The notes under the pieces are model-generated. The model was not told the DNA's origin, searched no databases, and was given only the letters and a program-made list of their open reading frames with translations. A program made the translations under genes and the position numbers. Positions 55,090 through 64,000 of a stretch of DNA of 64,000 nt are shown piece after piece. Origin of the DNA: Octopus vulgaris (Eukaryota); NCBI GenBank assembly GCA_951406725.2, contig OX597814.1, positions 68,634,001 to 68,698,000 on the forward strand. The letters are read 5' to 3'. How positions within the stretch are numbered: the first letter of the stretch is position 1; every line of letters starts with the position of its first letter.

Positions 55090-56160
55090 AGAAAGGCACC
55101 GCAGCGGACGTTCGAGATCAGCGTTGGATGCTCTGCCCTACGAACTTTACTTACATGCCAGATTTGTTTAGCGGGCTCTTAGTAAATATCCATTGTAACT
55201 GGCAGCAGTTAGTTCAGTGGGTCGAGGAGCGGTTACACTGCTAAGAAAGGAGTCAAGCAATGGAGATGAAACAGAAAGTTTTAGGCCTATAACAATGCTG
55301 AACGCAGATTTCAAAATTTTGGCCATGATGCTAGTGAAGTGGTTGGCGCTTGTAGTCGAGGAACTGATTGGTGATGTGTAAACATGCGCTGCCCCAAGTA
55401 GATTCATCCAAGACAACCTCTACTTTATGCGATACGTCATAGACAAAGCGGATAAAGAAACTGGCATAGATGGGGCCCTGGTCATTTTGGATCATCAAAA
55501 GCTTTCTCACAGCGGCTGGCTTCGGTCCCGTTTTCCATGGTTGGATTGCCTCAGTATACAGCAACATTTGCTCGATGGTTCGGGTGAATGGTTACCTATT
55601 GGAACTATTCAATACCATGCGTTCGGTCCATCAAGGGTGTCTGCTCTTGTCTCTTCTGTATGTACTGGCTCTAGGGCCACGCTGCAAAAACTGTAGGAGT
55701 TGGGAGGCATCCTAGAGGTCGTGGGAAAATCGTGTGGCGTATGCGAACGACGCCACTATCATACTGTCGAACACCAAGCACATAGTTCTGATCGGCACTG
55801 CTCTAAAAGAATACGTGGCGATAACATGAGTAAAAGTCAACCAAGAAAAGTTAGTGGGCCTACAGCTCGACACCAAGAGAAGCAGGTCTTTCCCGTCTAA
55901 TAACGTCGCGGGATACTGGACTGTTAAATTACTTGGAGTCTGGTTTGGTACGGATCTCCAGACAGAGAAAAAGTGGGAGGAGGTGATGAGCTGGGCAACC
56001 AGTCTCATCCAGAAATGGGCCGAGAGAAAGTTGTTTCTGAAAGGTTGAGCAGAGGTAATGAATACACACATCGTATCCGTTTTATATTACCGCCTGAGTC
56101 TGACCAAACTGGGGTGTATACTTTTCTACTTTCTGTAGAGGCACTGCATTTGCTGTCAAC
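55090..56160 (+). mobile_element. Decayed Tx1/L1-clade LINE RT fragment
   Basis: VTLLRK..FRPITMLNADFKILA, RFIQDNL, SVHQGCLL.SLLYVLAL, VKLLGVWFG. Confidence 0.8.
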
Positions 56161-56439
56161 ATCTGCTGGATGGAGAACTGAGCATTTAGGGTTTGATCCA
56201 GTAATCGACTGGTTCCACTGCATCTAGAATAAAGCAGCCTGCAGGCTTACCCAGTTCTATATCATGGATTTCTACACTTCAATATCAAAATCTCCCCTCC
56301 TAAAAGCTCTGGATGCTGGTAGGCAATTCACCAAGATCAGAAACTTTACTATCAGAATCATCATGAACACTACAAAACCAATCTTGCTTCACGATAATTC
56401 CTACTGGATAAATAATGAAATTGGTTCATCAAAGTAATC

Positions 56440-57501
56440 TTTTTGGGACAGAACCACCCAATAGAGGGTATCGAATACATGAGCAATCGAAGACTTACTG
56501 GATGCGAACACAGCATTAGAGTAGACAAAAACAACATAGCATGGTATGTAAAAAATGCCACCGAACCGCTATTATTAGAAGTAAGAAGGTCGGGCTTGTG
56601 TAGGATGAAAGATTTCAAAGGTAAAGCACTGTACAAGCACTTGAGAATGAATGAAACTGAAAATAGGCGTATAAAGAAAAGAATGCATGGACAATTACAT
56701 GGGGATGTTGAAGATAAGACAGACAGAGAAACAACTGGCTGTGGATGACTAAAAGTGATTTAAAACCGGAAACGGATGCTCTATTCTATACTGCCCAACA
56801 GCAAGAACAAACTACATAAAATACAGAATAGACACCAAAGCAGAAAGTGATAAGTGCAGAACCTGTGGACAAAACGGTGAAACCGTATGGCATATTACCA
56901 GCCAATGTACGCCACTAGCCCAGAAGGAATATAAGAGACGCCACGATAATATAGCAAGGCTTGTCTATTGGACACTGTGCCACAAGTATGGACATGACAG
57001 AGCAAAAGATTGGTACTACCAAAAACCTGAAGACATCGTCGAAAATAGAAGTGCAAATATCTTACGGGATTTTACGATTCAGCGCGACCATGAGATAGAG
57101 AATAGGAAGACGGAAATAGTCTTAATGGAGAAAGAAAGCAAACTATGCTGGATCATAGATATAGCATACCCAGCTGACAACAAGGTATGCGATAAGCAAG
57201 AAAGAAAAGTGGAGAGATATGACAGGTTAGCTTGGGAAGTTAAGCAGTTGTGGTCGGTGAAAAAGATAGCAGTACTACCAATAATTGTCGGAGCCCTGAG
57301 AACAGTGAGCAAAAATCTCGAAAAGTACGTGGAACGAGTAAGGGCTGCAATAAGGGTGGAGCATTTGCAGAAAACAGCACTGCTTGGAACCGCTTGAATT
57401 ATCCGGAAGGAGCTCGAAAAATAAGAGGTGTTACCTTAGTTCACTGGTAGTGAACAGCTGATACCGTAGTACATCTCCAGCGTTAGAAGCTTTGCAAAGG
57501 C

Positions 57502-57502
<1 letters not shown>
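56440..57502 (+). mobile_element. R4/Dong 3' portion with restriction-like endonuclease, ending in (TAA)n
   Basis: MHGQL, CRTCGQNGETVWHI..C..LAQKEYKRRHD, WIIDIAYPAD, LQKTALLGTA, followed by a short UTR and an (AAT)n tract. Confidence 0.88.
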
Positions 57503-57555
<53 letters not shown>

Positions 57556-58439
57556 TATAAATTTACTGAAGAACACAGAGAACACAGAGAGTCTATGATA
57601 GAACTGAAGCAGAAAATCCTGAATAAGCTTGCAGTTGTAAGATACGCCAATATGCACGATAGAGAACCACCTCATAAGTTCTCAAATACAAATTAAGATT
57701 GGAAACTATGTAACAAAGGAAACTATACAAGAACTAAAACCAGATCTCACTGGATTAAATGAAATTATTTGCGCAGCTGGGAGTGTTATCATGTACATTG
57801 TTTTGTATTGGTATAAAAAATGGGCTACAGCAAATATTCTGCTTAATACTACAGATTTGCTTGTCAGTTGTTTGACCATAAGCAGTTGAGCATGTCCCTT
57901 AGTGGCTGACGATATGTGCATCTCTGATCACGAGCAGAATTATGGTGATTGTCATAGCCATGTGTTGAGAGGAGTTCTTTAGGGTTTGGATAATTCACCT
58001 CTGGAAACATGGGTGTTACGTTCAACATCCTTAAACAACCCTTATTCAGGGACCTTTTGAGAGAGATAGACTACTCGACATGAAGAAAATTCTAATTGGG
58101 CCCCACCTGCAAGGTCATACGCTGTTTAGCTTGATATAAGTTCATCATGTCACGTACATATGGTCGTGATGCATGTGCCTGGTGTACCCTTATTAGACGA
58201 GTGGTCATGATAGGTATATTGGGCTTCGTATATTTGTACCTCAGTGTCTCTGGGGTAGAAATGGGTTATGCCATATCTGATTGGAAGTGTTTTCATTGGT
58301 TATGCTATATCTGATTGGAAGTGTTACTATGTACATGTTATGTTTTCGTGTAAAAGATGGGCTACAGAAATTCTCATAGGTTAAAACTGAAATTCGTTGC
58401 TTAGTGTTATCAAAATTGCATTTGATGTTGCGTTTCATC

Positions 58440-59140
58440 GACTACATTGAATAATTTAACACAGTGTATCCGAGGCATACGATTTAAAGAGCTCAAAGAC
58501 ACCACGGTCATCGATAGAAATTATCCGCCATCTTTAATAAATAATTGAATCGAACGCGACAAAGAAAATTAATATCCTGAAAGTAAGACAAGCAAAACAA
58601 ATAAATATACCGGAAATTGAAAGTTTTACCACATATTCCCACCCAAAAGACTGGAATCAATGAAACCTACAACATTGTTTTATGAAATAGACCAACATTG
58701 AAAAAGACCCCACGATAAATAATATTTTACAGCACATACCGTTATAAAGAGCAAAATGCAATCCGAATCAATGAAAACAATATTAACAAATATCGATCAC
58801 AACAGCTATCAATAAAAGTGTCAACGATTCAATTCTGGCATATGTTTAAATTTGCCAGTAGTATTGGACATACGTTTTAAAGAGGGATAACTTACCAAAA
58901 TATATTTTGTCGTGCTTCGAAAAAATTACGAAGTAGCATGTTCATGTTTTGGAGTAAAATATATGGAGCAAACCGGGATAACCTTAATAGAATGAATGAC
59001 TTCGCAAGGACAAGAAATTCGGGGTTAAATATAGAGGAAAATAGTCCCCAGCCAACAAACAGACGCATATATCGGAAAGAAACAACCAAGTCTTACGATC
59101 TTTCCCTTCTCTCAATTTATCGATTACACTTTCCAACAAT
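58440..59140 (+). mobile_element. Highly decayed PLE fragment (thumb/GIY-YIG region)
   Basis: RNYPPSLIN, KSKMQSESMKTILT and degenerate IYGANRDNL..RMN motifs. Confidence 0.45.
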
Positions 59141-59829
59141 AATGAATTCATCGCCAGTTGATTGATACTGTTGCTGCATCTACAATTACTATTACTACTA
59201 CTGCCATAGTCATTACTATTATCATTACTGGTATAAAGTGGGGAACAAGCCTCTCCTACATTTATCGCCTCTGCTATTTTTACTGACTCCAACTATTGTT
59301 TTTTACAATATTGTTTCAGCTGCTAGGACTGCTGCTGTTGCATCTGTTGCAGCTATTTCATCTGATATGATCTCAATCACAGCCACTACAACTGCTGCTA
59401 TTATTATTGTTGCAACCACTTTAAGTCTTTTTCCATCCTTTAGGAACCACTTTTTAAATATCTAGACTACCAATAAGTAACAATTAATAACCCTTACAGC
59501 TAATATTGTTTAATCCTACTATGACTACAACAGCCTATGTTTTTTAATATAAATTTACGGGTGTTGAAACCTCTCAAGTATAATATAAACAAGTAATATT
59601 GACTCGCTTATATTGCGATCCCAAAACGAAATGCGACCTCACTTTAGCTACATATGTCTATGTCATACATTTCACAATCATAGCATTTTGTTTTTACACT
59701 CAAAGGTAATACTACAAGCACATTTTGATTCAGATGTGTTGCATCAACATCATGTGTATCTTTGAGATGAATTTATCCACACACACACACATATACGATG
59801 CACACATACATACACATGTATATAGAGAC

Positions 59830-59988
59830 ACAGGAGAGGCTGTGCGGTAAAGAAGTTTGCATCCCAAGCACATAGTTCTGGGTTCAACCCACTGTGTGAC
59901 ACGTTGGACGAGTGTCCATTACTATTGTCTCGGCCCGACCAAAGCCTTGTGAGTGGATTTCGCAGACAGAAACTGAAAGAAGCCCGAC

Positions 59989-60051
<63 letters not shown>

Positions 60052-60100
60052 CGCGGCAGTGCCCCAGTATGGCTGCAGTCAAATAACTGAAACAAGTAAA
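59830..60100 (+). mobile_element. SINE family A
   Basis: Matches the 46465-46900 head and tail. Confidence 0.8.
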
Positions 60101-60474
60101 AAATTAAATGAATACAAGCACTCAAACACACACACACAGACACACACACACACACACATATATACTCACGTACATATATACCTTAATATTGAACAGTGAG
60201 AATGAGTGTTCAACACTGCATTGATGGATAAATATTCTTTATTTGCATGTTAACCTGGCTACCATTGATTTCATGGTAGCGATCATATTTTCATCCAAGC
60301 TGGAGACGAACATCAATGTTCCATGTGACAAGCTTGATAATAGCTAAAAGACAACTCTCTTACCACGTAGGCTGGTATACACACACACACACACATATAT
60401 ATATATATGTATATAATATATATATATGCATACATATGCATATATATATTTATATATATACATGAATATATATA

Positions 60475-60667
60475 CTTAATAATTAGGGTCCAGCAAACAT
60501 TTGCTTTATCACATACCGAAGTTTAGAAATAGCAGCCAAAAAACGTTAGCTATTTCTTCTACTTTAAAAAGGTGCTCCCAGAAAAACCAAAATACTTGAA
60601 AACAATCCACACAGGCAGAGAGGAAAAAAGTAACGAAAATCAATCAATATCTGGTCACCTATGGACG
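60475..60667 (-). mobile_element. pLTR fragment homologous to the 13.7-14.4 kb hammerhead module
   Basis: aattaggg..accgaa.tttagaaatagcag.caaa..gctatt..gtcaccta.ggacg aligns to 13748-13934. Confidence 0.75.
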
Positions 60668-61210
60668 CAAAATGAAAATGACATTGATGTCTCATTTTAA
60701 CAGATGTATGTACCAAAATTGCATAAAAATATCTTCAAATACGAAAGAGTAAATTTACTTAATAAAATTGCCATTAGCTTCAACCAACGACTTCAGAATC
60801 TCCTGCAACTCTTCTGGACGGACTTTTTGTTTAAGTTGGTGAATGCTGACATAGTCCTTGCTTTCGGTTAACTTCGGTGTTACGAGGAGTTTTGTTGGTC
60901 TCTAACTCAACTGCGTCCCACACCTAATAATCAAGTGGTTTGCATTTTGGGGAGTTAAGTGGCCAGATGTTAGGGATGATGTAGTCGCAGAAAGTGTCTG
61001 ATAGCCATTACTGATTTCTCCTACTTGTGTGGCATGGTGTAGAATCTTGTTGAAAGACATAGCGTCTTCCAGCAGCCACCCTTTTGACCCAGAGCAGCAC
61101 TACTCCTCAAGGCATCTGATGTAGGCTTCCGTGTTGTGTCTGATGAATGGGGAAGATGAATGGAGGCATATCGTCACCATCACTAGTGATCACTCTAAGC
61201 ACTATAATGT
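60668..61210 (-). mobile_element. Tc1/mariner-superfamily (maT/DD37D-like) transposase C-terminal remnant
   Basis: FQQDSTPCHTSR..WLSDTF..IWPLNSPKCKPLDY*VWD. Confidence 0.75.
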
Positions 61211-61369
61211 ATTACCAGCCTGATAAGAAATTCAAACAATGCCATGTCTCTGGGGATGGACCTGATTGACTTGGAGGGATCGTTGTCAATCATGACTTGG
61301 GTCTCACCAACAAATGCAGGGGTTCTTTTCTTATCAGAACTACCAGAATGAGGTTTAGGCTAGCTTGAG

Positions 61370-61560
61370 AGGACGTAAACACACCAATAACGGTTGTCAA
61401 GCGACGATGGGGACAAACACAAACACAAAGATACACGCACACATACATACACGATGAAATACTTTCAGTTTCCCTCTACCATTTGCATTAACAATGGTTT
61501 GGTCAAATATAGTAGAAGACACTTGCCTAAGGAGCCACGTTGTGGGATTGAACTCGGAAC
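61370..61560 (-). mobile_element. SINE family A fragment
   Basis: gacgtaaacacacca..ggttgtcaagcg..agtagaagacacttgcc.aagg.gccacg. Confidence 0.75.
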
Positions 61561-62965
61561 TGTTTTGAAACTCATCGTGCTTTTGTAATTGTTAATTACT
61601 TGTTTTGCTTTTTAAATTTCGACTATATTATCCAATTCAGTTGCGCTAAATTTTGATCGGTTTCATATGGTTAATCTCAAATGTATTCATAGAAAGGATC
61701 AAGTTCTTATCTTTTAATGAAGTATCTATGTTTTTGTTTCTTACAATCGACGCCTCATCGTTATTCTTACCGTTTTGATATTCTGTGTGCCACAATTTTC
61801 TGCAGAATACTGCAATATCGAGGAGATTTTGTAGATTTAAATTCTTTTGATAGTAAATTAATTTGTTGTGTCGTTAATATTTATGTAAATTATAATTTAT
61901 AATTTTCATTACATTTTGTTTTTTCCTGTATGTATCACCACCCATCTCTATTCTTGTAGACAGGCTTTACAAAGTTTCGCTGTGAATTTGCTTTTTATTT
62001 TTCATCGTAGGAGGGAATTAGGACTAATGTCGATTCTGAGAATATTTTTTTTCTTGTTTTACTTCGGTTTTGTAAGGTACTTTTGACACTGGTTTGAGGA
62101 TGATTTATTAAAAGGTTGGTCTTTTATTATTACATTCTTTAGATCAACTTTCATTTGGTTTTCTTCGTGTCAATATGATCAATAGGAAACAATAGATTAC
62201 TAATGCCACAACTGCTAATATTGTTGCCACTAATATGACTACAAGAGATATCAGAGAGAAACGAGCATCTTCAATAAAAGTTTTAGTATAAAAAGCGTGT
62301 GAATTTTCAAAGCTATGCATGCAAGATTTATTTCTTTTAATTCATTTCCTCGTTTATTTCCATGATCAAGTGATATAACTGAAACCGATAACATCCTTTT
62401 CAAAACTGCAGACAAACCCAACCTTTTATGATAATGTCGTCAAAGCATTTACCTCATGTGTATGCATATGTAGCATACAAATATGTGTGATGTGTGTGTG
62501 CGTGTGTTTGTGTGTGTTTGTATGTATTTCATCGATATATATATATAAACAACATACTCAAGAAAAAATATTTAGACATTCACAGAAAAAAACCTTCTGT
62601 GAATCAATTTGTATTCTTAATCGTCTGTAAGATTCATCGAGAGTAATTTCAATGTTGTAAATAAATTGCTTGTAATTTTATCGCTAGTTAAGTATATTTC
62701 AAGCCAATACTTGTAGACATATTCACAGTCCTGTTTTTTTATCCATGACGTAAAAATACTGCTAAAGTTTACACGTATATTTTTTTTTTTTTTTTAGAGA
62801 ATGATTGTATAATTGCTTGCTTCTATTTTTTGTAAACATGCGCGAGACAAACTTTTGAATTTTTCTCAATAATTTGACGTGCCAGAATGCTTATTGAAAT
62901 ATAATTGCACTGACAACGATGAAATCCCACGTAATCTTCATTATTTATATATAACTCCAAACCTT

Positions 62966-63071
<106 letters not shown>

Positions 63072-63424
63072 CATTACGTAAAAACGTAACTCCAATTATA
63101 TATGAAATTTAGATTTGGCAGAAAGTAAAATGGGCAACTTTGTATAGAAACATTTTGTATATTCATAATTTAGTGAAATAATATATATAAAATAACACGT
63201 GCTGAAATGAAATGTTACAAATATCGAAAGCAACAATAATAATTTTCATGATACTAAATGTTAGCATGAAGTATCTGGCTTTCAACCGTCATCATTTCTT
63301 CAATGAATTAGATATAATAAGGAAATTTAGTTGATACCTGACATGGTCGTAAACGTCCAACATATTTACTAAATAACCTCACCGTGGAAAGTAAAAGACG
63401 AAAAAAGTGTCTAATGTTAATTTT

Positions 63425-63605
63425 AAATTTTGGTACAAGGCCAGTAATTTCGAGTGAGGCGGGTAAGTCGATTACATCAACCCCACCGAAAGGTTGAAAG
63501 GCAAAATCGATCTCGGCAGAATTAGAACTCTTGACGTAAATACGGATGAAATGCCACTGAGCATTTTCCCTGATGTGTTTACAATTCTGCCAGCTTACCG
63601 CCTTA
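63425..63605 (-). mobile_element. SINE family B, diverged
   Basis: ggtacaaggcc..gaaaggttgaaaggcaaa.tcga.ctcggc..ttctgccagct..ccgcctt. Confidence 0.75.
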
Positions 63606-64000
63606 AAAGTATCTAATAATAATATCATTCAACCTGATTTTGTAATAAGTAGTAGAGCTGAAACTTAAAATGAAATTTTGCAGAACTGTAAAGTATATTC
63701 GAGTAGTGGTGAATGTAAAAGAAACCAGAAATATCTCTGTTCACTGTGAGGTTGTACAATAAACATTACAGACGTTTACGACTGTCTTATATATCCAAGA
63801 AATTTTATAAATTTACAAAATTATTTACTGTAAATATACTCCATAATAAATCTTAATATGAAAAGTAAACACTGCATATCAGTAATTAACGTAATTCGTA
63901 TAATATACGCAAATTTCCATTTGAAAATTCTATAGTTATGGCCTTTCAAAATCGTATATGGGAACACACACACACACACTAACACGAATTTATACACATC

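Noticed and set aside
62578-62605. Hairpin attcacagaa/ttctgtgaat
   Set aside because: A 10-bp AT-rich stem can arise by chance and has no supporting context.

Overview
AT-rich, microsatellite-dense eukaryotic DNA. The tRNA-derived SINE families, R4/Dong, RTE, CR1 and Tx1 LINEs and Penelope-like elements (PLEs) resemble a cephalopod (Octopus-like) genome; this is inference. One host gene is evident: a coding exon (TM1-TM5) of a rhodopsin-family neuropeptide GPCR, most like leucokinin/lymnokinin receptors (53510-54303, +). The rest is mostly decayed transposons: at least four larger PLE copies plus fragments, R4/Dong, RTE, CR1, Tx1, Gypsy, Helitron, mariner and maT-like remnants, and many SINEs. 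The most striking unannotated signal is about a dozen type I hammerhead ribozyme (HHR) motifs from several unrelated sequence families. Two are textbook-intact: 14163-14253 (+), and 39494-39538 (+) with a perfect antisense twin at 39367-39411. Many sit in short ORF-less fold-back (inverted-repeat) or tandem modules flanked by (TA)n tracts, i.e. PLE pseudo-LTR or retrozyme-like units. There is also a perfect 72-bp palindrome at 7437-7508. Most ORFs in the supplied track are microsatellite artefacts. Repeat boundaries are approximate (read by eye).
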